The notes beneath the pieces are model-generated. The model was not told the origin of the DNA and did not search any database. It worked only from the letters and a program-made list of their open reading frames with translations. The position numbers and the translations under genes are program-made. From assembly GCA_002378195.1 (NCBI GenBank), contig DFRJ01000002.1, positions 22,911 to 86,910 on the forward strand: 64,000 nucleotides of DNA, read 5' to 3'. This document shows positions 1 through 8,993 of this stretch, piece after piece (the first letter of the stretch is position 1; every line of letters starts with the position of its first letter). The DNA comes from Patescibacteria group bacterium UBA3466 (GTDB lineage: Bacteria; Patescibacteriota; Minisyncoccia; Phycocordibacterales; UBA918).

Positions 1-14
1 TGCTTAGCACTGCG

Positions 15-443
15 TTGACTGTATTTACTTCTAGCACCATTTTATTCATTGCTCTATTTGGAGTAGTGGCAGGAGAACGTCGTTTTCAGCGACGTTTTTT
101 TGCTGCTGGTATTAGAGGGTGGTTTGATAGGGTAGTGGAAGCGGTGAGTGGTTGGTTGTTCAGAAGTTGGGAGCATTTCAGTAAGTACATCATTCAGTTG
201 AATTGGTATTACAGTATTCATGGAATTCTGAAGGCGATGCTTAAAATGTTGGTTAAGTTTTATACCTACTTTGAAGATCTGTTTGAACGCAATCGTGCTC
301 GAACGAAACAGCTGCGGGCCGAGAAACGGCAACTTAGTGAGTATAGTCACCTACAGCAAATGGCTGAACACAAGAAGGAGACTACTCTGACAGACGCTCA
401 AAAAGAACGATTGAAGAAGAAGCATTTGGAGGGGAAGATGTAA
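15..443 (+). CDS. Hypothetical membrane-anchored protein, possibly 5'-truncated by the window edge
   Basis: ORF with a hydrophobic N-terminal segment and a charged helical C-terminus, followed directly by a terminator. Confidence 0.6.
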   Translation: MTVFTSSTILFIALFGVVAGERRFQRRFFAAGIRGWFDRVVEAVSGWLFRSWEHFSKYIIQLNWYYSIHGILKAMLKMLVKFYTYFEDLFERNRARTKQLRAEKRQLSEYSHLQQMAEHKKETTLTDAQKERLKKKHLEGKM

Positions 444-444
444 A

Positions 445-477
445 AGAAAAGGCCGGCGCGAAGCGCCGGCCTTTTCT
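445..477. terminator. Bidirectional intrinsic terminator (GCCGGC family)
   Basis: AGAAAAGGCCGGCGC-GAA-GCGCCGGCCTTTTCT perfect inverted repeat with A and T tracts. Confidence 0.85.
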
Positions 478-727
478 CGGAGCCATCTGTATCAAGATAC
501 AAATGGTCTGCGTTCGGTCATAAAAATGAATAAACTCATTTTTGCGACGCTCACTTGAGCCATCTGTATCTTGATACAGATTGGCCTCATTCGGAAATAA
601 GTCTGACTTAAAGTCAGACTTCGAAGAAATCAAAAGTCGCAAAAGAAAGTTAACTTTCTTTTGCGACTTTCGCTCCTTCTTATGTTCTCTCGAACATAAT
701 TATTTCTCTCATCTCGGAGCCATCTGT
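475..727. repeat. tRNA-3'-end direct repeats enclosing a palindrome cluster
   Basis: TCTCGGAGCCATCTGT is identical at 475-490 and 712-727; GAGCCATCTGTATC occurs at 480-493 and 557-570; palindromes at about 599-621, 633-670 and 680-699. Confidence 0.8.
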
Positions 728-790
728 CGGGCTCGAACCGACGACCTACGGTTTACAAAACCGTTGCTCTACCAACTGAGCTAAGATGGC
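718..790 (-). tRNA. tRNA-Thr(UGU); CCA not fully encoded
   Basis: Reverse complement GCCATCTTAGCTCAGTTGGTAGAGCAACGGTTTTGTAAACCGTAGGTCGTCGGTTCGAGCCCGACAGATGGCT folds as a cloverleaf with TGT anticodon and U73, followed by CCG. Confidence 0.97.
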
Positions 791-874
791 TTTAATGACG
801 AACATCCTATCAGAAATGAAACAATAATACCAGTGCGTAAAGTTGTGTTCACAAAACAGTGTGATAGTGTACTT

Positions 875-1220
875 GGTGAATAGTTCTTTCGAACGACTGC
901 CCGTAAAAAGGGGTCAAGAGGGTAACACCCAGATGTGTAGCTAAGGTTAGGCACTGCCAACCTCGAGAGGTTGGGGTTAGTATCGAACGTACAGCTTTGC
1001 TGACATTGCTCAAGATAGAATCCGGAGCGCAACCAATGGTGCTACTGGTCCGGATACCGAAGCTCTAAGTTCATGATTTATGCGTATGTGACGATGTACG
1101 TAATGTGGTTCACCGATCGAGACACATGTGTGATCGAGTGCGACACCAGCTGTTGCCAAGCGATAAGCTGTCGCGAGGTAGACGTTGAAATCAATGTAGC
1201 GGTAGAGAGAACTATTCACT
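875..1220 (+). ncRNA. Candidate large structured non-coding RNA of unknown family
   Basis: 16-bp closing helix 875-890/1205-1220, many internal hairpins with G-U pairs on the + strand, promoter-like sequence upstream, terminator downstream, no credible ORF. Confidence 0.7.
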
Positions 1221-1260
1221 TGCCCAGCAGGTCTGTATGACTGCTGGGCATTTCATTTTT
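1221..1260 (+). terminator. Intrinsic terminator of the candidate ncRNA
   Basis: TGCCCAGCAG-loop-CTGCTGGGCA followed by TTTCATTTTT. Confidence 0.8.
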
Positions 1261-1347
1261 ATATATTTAGACACACTTAAAATGTGTGTCGAACTGCTTA
1301 AAATCGCTTTATTTTAGACCTAAATAGGTATATACTCGCTGATACTT

Positions 1348-2904
1348 ATGGAGGTAGATAAGTCGCATTTGCTACCGTATGCTCAAAGAGCTGATTTCAA
1401 GGTCGCTCGGGCAAATGAACTTTCGGGGAAAGACCGGAGGTTTTTTCGCTTTCTAGAAATTGTGCCGGGTGTAGCGGCTTGGGGCACTATCGTTGGAATC
1501 ATCTTGGCTTCAATGTATGCACCATTTTATGCCGCATACTTCATTATTGCTTTCTCTATTTATTGGGTGCTCAAAACCTTCTTTTTGTCGGTGCATGTTC
1601 GCTACAACTGGAAGCGTCTGAAGCATCACATGGAGCTAGACTGGTCTCAGCTGGTCAAACGTTTTAAATATGAAGACAAGTATCACCTAGTTATTTTTCC
1701 TTTTTATAAAGAACCACGAGAGGTTTTAGAGGGTACTTTGAAGGGTCTCAAGGAAGCAAAGTATAATAAACAAAAACTAATTGTCGTATTGGCGGCTGAA
1801 GAGCGGGCAGGGGAAGAAGCTACTCAGTTGGCTAAAGAAATGGAGGAAAAATTTGGTGCTGATTTTGGACATTTTATCGTCACTGTTCATCCAGATGATA
1901 TTGCTGGTGAGATTGCTGGTAAGGGTTCAAATACCCACTACGCTTTGCATCAGGTAAAGCAGAGAGTGATTGATATTGAAAATATTCCGCATAAGGATAT
2001 TTTGGTGTCTATTTTTGATATTGATACGGTCATCTATCCCGACTACTTCAACTGTCTTGTTTGGCACTTCATGACTGCAGAAAATCCCTACAAAAGTGCG
2101 TTTCAGCCGGTGCCTCTCTTTACCAATAATCTCTGGGAAGCTACCGCCGTGTCGCGTGTGATGGCTATGTCCAGCACGTTTTGGCAAATGATTATGCAGG
2201 AACGCCCAGATAAGGCGGCTACGTTCTCTTCACACTCAGTGAGCTTTCAGGCTTTATATGAGATTGGATACGGCCAGCCAAATGTGGTTAGTGAAGATTC
2301 GCGGATCTATTGGAATTTGCTGGTGGCCAACAATGGTCAGTTTGATGTGGTGTCGCTATCCTACCCAATCGCTATGGATGCCACCACTGCTCCGACTTTT
2401 TGGGGGACGTTACAAAATATTTATCGCCAACACCGACGTTGGACATATGGTGTAGAAAACTGGTGTTACTTGATTTATCACTTCACTAAGAATAAAGCGA
2501 TTCCTCTCAGACGAAGATGGTCGATTGCTTTGTTGCAGGGTGAGGGTTACTGGTCTTTGGTAACCAACCCAATCATGTTGTTTATCCTAGGCTGGGCACC
2601 AATTTTTCTCGGTACTAGAGAGTTTCACGATACTGTTTTGTCTTACGAATTACCGATCATGGTGCGTAATCTCCTAATTGTTGCCATGGGTGGATTGGTG
2701 GTTTCGTCGGTTATTTCACTATCACTGACACCGCCTCGACCGGATGGGCATAGTCGGTTTCGCTATGTAGTAATGACTTTGCAGTGGATTATGGTACCAA
2801 TAACCATGATTGTATTTAGTGCTATTCCTGGCTTAGATGCTCAAACTAGGTTAATGTTTGGTAAATACATGGGATTTTGGGTGACACCAAAACGTGAACG
2901 ATAA
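1348..2904 (+). CDS. Membrane-bound processive glycosyltransferase family 2
   Basis: DID, SED and QHRRW (QxxRW) motifs; N- and C-terminal TM helices. Confidence 0.85.
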   Translation: MEVDKSHLLPYAQRADFKVARANELSGKDRRFFRFLEIVPGVAAWGTIVGIILASMYAPFYAAYFIIAFSIYWVLKTFFLSVHVRYNWKRLKHHMELDWSQLVKRFKYEDKYHLVIFPFYKEPREVLEGTLKGLKEAKYNKQKLIVVLAAEERAGEEATQLAKEMEEKFGADFGHFIVTVHPDDIAGEIAGKGSNTHYALHQVKQRVIDIENIPHKDILVSIFDIDTVIYPDYFNCLVWHFMTAENPYKSAFQPVPLFTNNLWEATAVSRVMAMSSTFWQMIMQERPDKAATFSSHSVSFQALYEIGYGQPNVVSEDSRIYWNLLVANNGQFDVVSLSYPIAMDATTAPTFWGTLQNIYRQHRRWTYGVENWCYLIYHFTKNKAIPLRRRWSIALLQGEGYWSLVTNPIMLFILGWAPIFLGTREFHDTVLSYELPIMVRNLLIVAMGGLVVSSVISLSLTPPRPDGHSRFRYVVMTLQWIMVPITMIVFSAIPGLDAQTRLMFGKYMGFWVTPKRER

Positions 2905-2905
2905 T

Positions 2906-4054
2906 ATGGGAGAAGAACCGCAAATTGAACTGCTGTCTCAGCGTCGAAGAAAATTATTATTCCTGTCACTGGTGGCGGTATTTTTGGTGGCGCTGCCCTC
3001 AATGATTTTTTACACCACTGGATATCGCCTTAGTTTTGAGAACGACGCCACTTCTATTGTGACCACTGGTGGAATGTACGTGACGACCGATAATCTAGAA
3101 GTAGATGTTTATTTGGATGAGGAGTTGGTAGAGAGTCCGCGTTTGTTTCAGTCGGCTTATTACCTACAAAGAGTGGAGGAGGGGAAACATCGGGTGGTGG
3201 TACAGAGGTCAGATTTGCAGACTTGGGTAAAAGATTTGCCGGTCGATCCTCGTATCGTGACTGAAGCTGCGGCTTTTAATATGCCACTTCTGCCGCACGT
3301 GCGACCGATTACGGAGTTTGTAACGGAAGAAGATGTTCCAGTCTTTGTTGGAGTAGCTAGTGGAACTGATATGTTTCCGCTGGCTACCTCCACCATACCG
3401 TTTGTGGCGACTTCGACTACGGCCACCTCGACATTTGCTCTAAACGAAGAGTTTATTTTTGTGGAGAGTTTGTTTAGCACCACTTCTTCATCGACTCAAT
3501 CAGTGTTTGAAAGAATGCTGGAAGAGGTAGAAAGATTCCGCTTTGCTACCACCACAGTGGCCACTGCCACTGAAGTAGTTGAAGAGAAGGTAGAATCTGG
3601 TGATCTACAATTGGTTGAACACGATCTAGATATTTACGCAGTTTGGAATGGGGAAGATAAAAACATTCCGTATTATTTCTGTATATCAAGTCAGGCGGGA
3701 AGTACCACCGCTGAGCGCTATGGAGAACACGTGGCCGTAGCTTTTGAAGAGCAGGCGCTATCTACTACTACAACAATCATCATTGATTCAGATCGATTCT
3801 GCCGGAGAGAAATTAAGTTGGACAGGTTACGACAGGACGTATTTTTCTACGATTTCTTTCCGATCAATTCAGACTTGGTCTTACTGCAACTGGAGGACGG
3901 ACTTTACGTGACCGAGATAGATGACCGTGCGTGGCAAAATACACAGCTGCTATACCCGGGCGATAGTATTAGAGTGGTGACGGAAAATAATTCTATCTTT
4001 ATTAAGGAGGATGATAGATACTTTGAGCTGATCACCCAAATTGAACCAGAATAA
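2906..4054 (+). CDS. Membrane-anchored PEGA-like domain protein
   Basis: N-terminal TM followed by GYR...TGGMYV...VYLD...GKHRVVV...W.K pattern; ATG immediately after the upstream stop. Confidence 0.6.
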   Translation: MGEEPQIELLSQRRRKLLFLSLVAVFLVALPSMIFYTTGYRLSFENDATSIVTTGGMYVTTDNLEVDVYLDEELVESPRLFQSAYYLQRVEEGKHRVVVQRSDLQTWVKDLPVDPRIVTEAAAFNMPLLPHVRPITEFVTEEDVPVFVGVASGTDMFPLATSTIPFVATSTTATSTFALNEEFIFVESLFSTTSSSTQSVFERMLEEVERFRFATTTVATATEVVEEKVESGDLQLVEHDLDIYAVWNGEDKNIPYYFCISSQAGSTTAERYGEHVAVAFEEQALSTTTTIIIDSDRFCRREIKLDRLRQDVFFYDFFPINSDLVLLQLEDGLYVTEIDDRAWQNTQLLYPGDSIRVVTENNSIFIKEDDRYFELITQIEPE

Positions 4055-4076
4055 ACCCGTGCTACACTTATAATTC

Positions 4077-4805
4077 ATGAATAAATCAGACGGACACCAA
4101 CACCCATTAACAAAAATGATTGCTGAGATTAACAGTATTTTTGCTGAGATCGGTTTTGTGTTCGCTGATGGTCCTGAGGTCGAGACTGAACACTATAACT
4201 TCGATCGACTCAATGTGCCCAAAGACCATCCGTCGCGCGACATGCAGGATACTTTTTGGTTTAAAGAAAAGGACGTTTCGGAGCCAACCGTACTGCGCAC
4301 ACACACCAGTCCAGTGCAAGCCAGGTATATGGAAACTCATAAAGATAACTTACCAATTAAGATGATTTGTCCGGGTAAGGTGTTTCGCAATGAAGCAACA
4401 GACGCTACTCACGAAGCGCAGTTTCACCAATTGGAGGGATTGCAGATCGGAGAAGGTGTGAGTCTCGGCCACCTCAAGGGAGTAATTGAATATTTCTTCG
4501 AACGCTTTTTAGGTGGCGATGTTGAGGTGCGTTTTCGACCGGGCTTCTTCCCGTTTGTTGAACCAGGGGTGGAGGTGGACATGAAGCTTTTGTCTGGCGA
4601 TTCGCATCTGAAGGGGAAGTGGATTGAGATTATGGGAGCCGGGATGGTTCATCCAAATGTGCTTCGTGACTCAGGTATCGATGCGGAAAAGTATTCTGGT
4701 TTTGCGTTTGGAATGGGGATCGATCGCTTGGCAGTAATGAAATACGGTATTAATGATGTGCGCGATTTATATACCGGAGACTTAAGGTTCGTAAATCAGT
4801 TTTAG
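4077..4805 (+). CDS. pheS: Phenylalanine-tRNA ligase alpha subunit (catalytic domain only)
   Basis: HP start, HPSRDMQDTF, LRTHTSPVQ, FRNE, FPFVEP and GFAFGMGIDR motifs. Confidence 0.97.
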   Translation: MNKSDGHQHPLTKMIAEINSIFAEIGFVFADGPEVETEHYNFDRLNVPKDHPSRDMQDTFWFKEKDVSEPTVLRTHTSPVQARYMETHKDNLPIKMICPGKVFRNEATDATHEAQFHQLEGLQIGEGVSLGHLKGVIEYFFERFLGGDVEVRFRPGFFPFVEPGVEVDMKLLSGDSHLKGKWIEIMGAGMVHPNVLRDSGIDAEKYSGFAFGMGIDRLAVMKYGINDVRDLYTGDLRFVNQF

Positions 4806-4808
4806 ATT

Positions 4809-6743
4809 ATGAAAGTAAGTTGGGATTGGTTACAAGATTATATTGGTGAAACAGAGCTGACTGCAGAAAAGGCAGCGGAGCTTTTGGGTATGCATTCATT
4901 TGAACTCGAAGGCATCGAGAAGGTGGGTGATGATACTGTGATAGAAGTAGATATTTTACCCAACCGTGCGAGTGATTGTTTGTGCCACCGCGGAATTGCC
5001 AGAGACCTGGCTTCAGTTACTGCTTCGCCACTTGAGAATGATCCTTTGGTAACCGACCCGACACTTACCAGTACTGATCTTATCGACATAAGTATTGCCG
5101 ACCAAGAAGCCTGTCCACGATTTGCTGCTTCGCTTATTACTGAGGTAAAAGTGGGAGAATCGCCAGATTGGCTGAAAGACCGTTTGGAAGCCATTGGTCA
5201 GCGGCCAATTAATAATATTGTTGATGCTACCAACTACGTGATGTTTGCAATCGGGCAACCAATCCACGCTTATGACGCTGACTTGTTCCCACAAGTAGAT
5301 GGGAAGTGGAAGTTTGATATTCGTTTTGCCGAGGCAGGAGAACAAGTGAGCCTGATCCCAGAAGGAGGTAAGGATGAAGAGCGAGTAGTGGAGTGCCAAG
5401 GCACTGAGCTTTTGATTGTTGATGGTTCTAGTAACACCCCGATTGGTCTAGCTGGAGTGAAAGGGGGTAGTTTTGCGGGTGTCCACGCGGGTACCAATAA
5501 AGTGATTATTGAAACCGCTCACTTCCACCCGACAATTACTCGAAAGACAGCTCGTCGATTGGGTATTGTGATCGACGCCAGCAAGCGCTTTGAAAATGAA
5601 CCATCTCGAAAACTGGTCCCATACACACAGCAGGCAGTGTGCGATCTTATTGTTGATATTGCCTCAGCCAAGTACGAAGGAACTGTCGATGTTCTGCTTG
5701 AAGACGTCGCAAACCCTGAGGTGTTTGTATCGCTAGACAAAACAAATGCAGTCCTTGGTCTGGATCTGACAGCTGCAGAGGTGGCAGATATCTTAAATAG
5801 AATTGGTGCAGAGGTGACAGAGATGGAAGGCGGCTTTAAGGTGATTGGTCCTTGGGAGCGCACGGACCTCAATATTCAAGCTGACTTCATTGAGGAAATT
5901 GGCAGGATTCATGGCTATGATCACGTTGCTACCGTCCCTCCAGAAAAGGCAGGTGTGCCAGAGTTAAATAAGCGTCACTACTATAGCGAGCAAATCCGCA
6001 AGACGCTTATAGACCTTGGGTATTCAGAAGTAATTACTTCAAGCTTTAGAAACAAAGACATGGTACAGCTAAAGAGCGCCCTAGCGAGCGATAAGTCATG
6101 CTTGCGATCTGGCCTTACTAAAAACCTCACTGAAGCACTTGATAAAAATGCCGGATTTGCTGATTTACTTGGGAAGCAAGATACAAGAATATTTGAAATC
6201 GGAACGGTGTTTTACCCAGAAGACGGGGGAGTAGGTGAGCACGTTGCACTCGCACTTGGTGCTCGTATCAAGCAGTCTGGCTATTCAGGAAAAGAAGATA
6301 AGTTGATCCAAGCGGCAGCTAGCGCATTGTCAGAAAGTCTTGGAGTGTCGGTTGAATTGAAATCAGATAAGGGTGTCGCGGAGATTAATTTCTCAGAGCT
6401 GTTAAACAAATTGCCTGAACCGACCGCTTACGAAGCAATTGAAGTGGGGAAAGAGATTGCCTATAAGCCATTTTCGGTGTATCAGCATATGTCACGTGAT
6501 ATTGCGATGTGGGTTGACGAAGGGACAGATTCCGAAGAAGTGAAAAGTCTCCTCGCAAAACACGCTGGTGATCTGCTGGTGCGTATCGATCAATTCGATG
6601 AGTTTACTAAAGACGGTCGCACCTCTCTTGGTTTTCGCCTTATTTTCCAAGCTGTTGATCGGACTCTCACCGATGAAGAGATAAATGAGGTCATGGAGAT
6701 TATCTACAAGCAGGTGGCAGAAAAAGGGTGGGAAGTTCGGTAA
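4809..6743 (+). CDS. pheT: Phenylalanine-tRNA ligase beta subunit (lacks the B2 OB domain)
   Basis: MKVSWDWL, PNRASDCL, INNIVDATNYVM, DFIEEIGRIHGYD and C-terminal FDX-ACB (RDIA...RTLTDEEI). Confidence 0.95.
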   Translation: MKVSWDWLQDYIGETELTAEKAAELLGMHSFELEGIEKVGDDTVIEVDILPNRASDCLCHRGIARDLASVTASPLENDPLVTDPTLTSTDLIDISIADQEACPRFAASLITEVKVGESPDWLKDRLEAIGQRPINNIVDATNYVMFAIGQPIHAYDADLFPQVDGKWKFDIRFAEAGEQVSLIPEGGKDEERVVECQGTELLIVDGSSNTPIGLAGVKGGSFAGVHAGTNKVIIETAHFHPTITRKTARRLGIVIDASKRFENEPSRKLVPYTQQAVCDLIVDIASAKYEGTVDVLLEDVANPEVFVSLDKTNAVLGLDLTAAEVADILNRIGAEVTEMEGGFKVIGPWERTDLNIQADFIEEIGRIHGYDHVATVPPEKAGVPELNKRHYYSEQIRKTLIDLGYSEVITSSFRNKDMVQLKSALASDKSCLRSGLTKNLTEALDKNAGFADLLGKQDTRIFEIGTVFYPEDGGVGEHVALALGARIKQSGYSGKEDKLIQAAASALSESLGVSVELKSDKGVAEINFSELLNKLPEPTAYEAIEVGKEIAYKPFSVYQHMSRDIAMWVDEGTDSEEVKSLLAKHAGDLLVRIDQFDEFTKDGRTSLGFRLIFQAVDRTLTDEEINEVMEIIYKQVAEKGWEVR

Positions 6744-6758
6744 TATTACACCCCAGAT

Positions 6759-6794
6759 TCGGTCATTTTCCACAAGGAAATGACCGATTTTTTT
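6759..6794 (+). terminator. Intrinsic terminator after pheT
   Basis: TCGGTCATTTTCC-ACAA-GGAAATGACCGA followed by a T tract. Confidence 0.7.
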
Positions 6795-6844
6795 GGTATA
6801 ATAATTGGCAAATATTATTGATTTTATTACTTATTTTCTGAAAC

Positions 6845-8935
6845 ATGCCAGCCAAAAAACCTGCTAAAAAAGCCGCCAAGAAGAAGGGTGATTACGACGC
6901 TTCATCTATCTCCGTCCTCGAAGGTCTCGAGCCAGTACGAAAGCGACCGGGAATGTATATTGGTACCACTGGTCCCGATGGTCTCCATCACATGATCTGG
7001 GAGATTTTCGATAACTCTCGTGACGAAGCGATGGGTGGTTTTGCTAATCGGGTAGAAGTGACTTTGCTGCCAGATAACTACATCAGGGTGGTAGATAACG
7101 GGCGAGGAATTCCGGTTGATGTTCACAAGCAGACCAAAGTTTCAGCTCTTGAGACTATTATGACCACCCTGCACGCTGGAGGTAAGTTTGGTGGTGATGA
7201 GTCAGGCTACAAGGTGTCGGGCGGTCTCCATGGAGTAGGTGTATCGGTGGTGAACGCACTGTCTACCCACACTCGAGTAGACGTCCACAAAGATGGTTTT
7301 CAGTACATGCAGGAGTACAACATCGGAAAAGCTAAGGCTAAGGTAAAAAAGCTTGGCAAAACTAAACACAACGGTTCGATTGTAGTATTTCAGGCTGATC
7401 CAGATATTTTCCCCGAAATTAAATTCGACTGGAAGCGCATTGTGTCACATCTAAGACAACAAGCTTACTTGGTAAAAGGTATGCGCATGACGGTAATTGA
7501 TGCTAGAGAAAGTGAAGAAAAGCTCGACCCTAAATCAATCGAATCAAAAATCTATTTAGCTGACGAGCACTTGTCGGTGCCGCATGAGACTTTCTATTTT
7601 GAAGGTGGTCTAAAATCACTAGTATCTTTCAATAACCACTATCAAAAACCGATCAATAAAAATATTTTCTACGTGGAAAAACAGGACGTCAGCCCTGAAG
7701 TTTTGACAGTGGAGGTGGCACTACAGTATGTAGATGATATTTCTCCAAGAATTACTGCTTTTGCCAACAACATCTATAATCCAGAGCACGGTACTCACGT
7801 GACCGGCTTTAAAACGGCTCTCACGCGAACTCTCAATAACTACGCTAAGAAAGGAAACTTTTTCTCAGCTAAAGATAAAGATACTGCCTTTACGGGCGAT
7901 GATGTACTCGAGGGAATTACTGCTGTGATCTCGGTAAAAATGCCAGAAATTCAGTTTGAAGGACAGACTAAGGCTAAGCTCGGATCGGTAGAGGCACGAA
8001 GTGCCACCGAAGCCGTGTTTGGTGATGCGTTTAATACTTTCTTGGAGGAGAATCCAGATGATGCTAAAGCGATCATCAATAAGGTTATTATTGCAGTTAA
8101 GGCCCGTAAGGCAGCTAAGGCAGCAAAAGACAGTGTGCTTAGAAAGGGTGCCCTTGAGGGTATGTCTTTACCTGGTAAGTTGGCCGACTGCCAGAGCCGC
8201 AAGGCAGAAGATTCAGAGATTTTTATCGTAGAGGGGGACTCAGCTGGAGGCTCTGCTAAGATGGGACGAGACCGAAAGACTCAGGCGGTGCTGCCATTAC
8301 GTGGAAAAATCCTAAACGTGGAGCGAGCGCGAATCGATAAGATGCTCGCGTCTGAACAAATCAAGAACTTGGTGATTGCGCTCGGGACCGCCATTGGCGA
8401 TGTGTTTGACGTGTCTAAGTTGCGCTACCACAAAATTATCATTGCGACTGACGCCGACGTCGACGGGGCACACATTCGGACCTTGCTGCTCACACTGTTT
8501 TTCCGTTACTTTCGAGCGTTGATTGATGAGGGTTACGTATACATTGCACAACCGCCACTATATAAAATCCAAAAAGGAAAAGATGTTCGCTACGCCTTTA
8601 CCGACGAGGAAAAGTTCGACATCTTAAAAGATATGGGTGAAGAGGTTAAAGAGGAGGTTGAAGAAAACGAAGACGGTGAGGAGACAGAAGAAGTAGAAGA
8701 TGAAGTTAAGAAGACTAGTCGAGTACGTATTCAACGATACAAGGGTCTAGGTGAAATGAATGCCGAAGAGTTGGCCGAAACTACCATGAATAAGGAGAAT
8801 CGTATCTTGAAACAAGTAACTGTCGAAGATGCGCAGAATGCCGATAAGGTATTTGATATCTTGATGGGAACTGATGTGACTAGTCGAAAGTCGTTCATCC
8901 AATCAAACGCAAAGATGGCCAATCTAGACATCTAA
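6845..8935 (+). CDS. gyrB: DNA gyrase subunit B
   Basis: GLEPVRKRPGMYIG, DNGRGIP, GGLHGVG, VEGDSAGGS, PLRGKILN, DADVDG, QRYKGLGEM. Confidence 0.95.
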   Translation: MPAKKPAKKAAKKKGDYDASSISVLEGLEPVRKRPGMYIGTTGPDGLHHMIWEIFDNSRDEAMGGFANRVEVTLLPDNYIRVVDNGRGIPVDVHKQTKVSALETIMTTLHAGGKFGGDESGYKVSGGLHGVGVSVVNALSTHTRVDVHKDGFQYMQEYNIGKAKAKVKKLGKTKHNGSIVVFQADPDIFPEIKFDWKRIVSHLRQQAYLVKGMRMTVIDARESEEKLDPKSIESKIYLADEHLSVPHETFYFEGGLKSLVSFNNHYQKPINKNIFYVEKQDVSPEVLTVEVALQYVDDISPRITAFANNIYNPEHGTHVTGFKTALTRTLNNYAKKGNFFSAKDKDTAFTGDDVLEGITAVISVKMPEIQFEGQTKAKLGSVEARSATEAVFGDAFNTFLEENPDDAKAIINKVIIAVKARKAAKAAKDSVLRKGALEGMSLPGKLADCQSRKAEDSEIFIVEGDSAGGSAKMGRDRKTQAVLPLRGKILNVERARIDKMLASEQIKNLVIALGTAIGDVFDVSKLRYHKIIIATDADVDGAHIRTLLLTLFFRYFRALIDEGYVYIAQPPLYKIQKGKDVRYAFTDEEKFDILKDMGEEVKEEVEENEDGEETEEVEDEVKKTSRVRIQRYKGLGEMNAEELAETTMNKENRILKQVTVEDAQNADKVFDILMGTDVTSRKSFIQSNAKMANLDI

Positions 8936-8936
8936 G

Positions 8937-8981
8937 ATAAATGAAAAGCCGGCTGCCTTTGGCAGCCGGCTTTTCATTTAT
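8937..8981. terminator. Bidirectional terminator (GCCGGC family)
   Basis: ATAAATGAAAAGCCGGCTGCC-TTT-GGCAGCCGGCTTTTCATTTAT between convergent genes. Confidence 0.9.
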
Positions 8982-8993
8982 TTGAATCAAACG

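Noticed and set aside
475-727. CRISPR array or prophage at tRNA-Thr
   Set aside because: There are only two or three degenerate repeats with unequal spacing, and no cas, integrase or phage genes.
382-1219. Short ORFs 382-642, 581-784, 781-1032 and 1010-1219
   Set aside because: They overlap the tRNA, palindromes or the structured RNA and show no protein-like motifs.
875-1220. RNase P RNA, tmRNA or group I intron identity for the structured RNA
   Set aside because: The size and a GGGTAACACCC hairpin recall RNase P, but the universal GAGGAAAGUCC and AGAA...GGCUUA motifs are absent on both strands. It has no tRNA-like ends and does not interrupt a gene. A covariance search is still needed.
1270-1290. 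GACACAC-TTAAAAT-GTGTGTC inverted repeat upstream of the GT2 gene
   Set aside because: A single 7-bp stem could be an operator, but it is too short to support a call.
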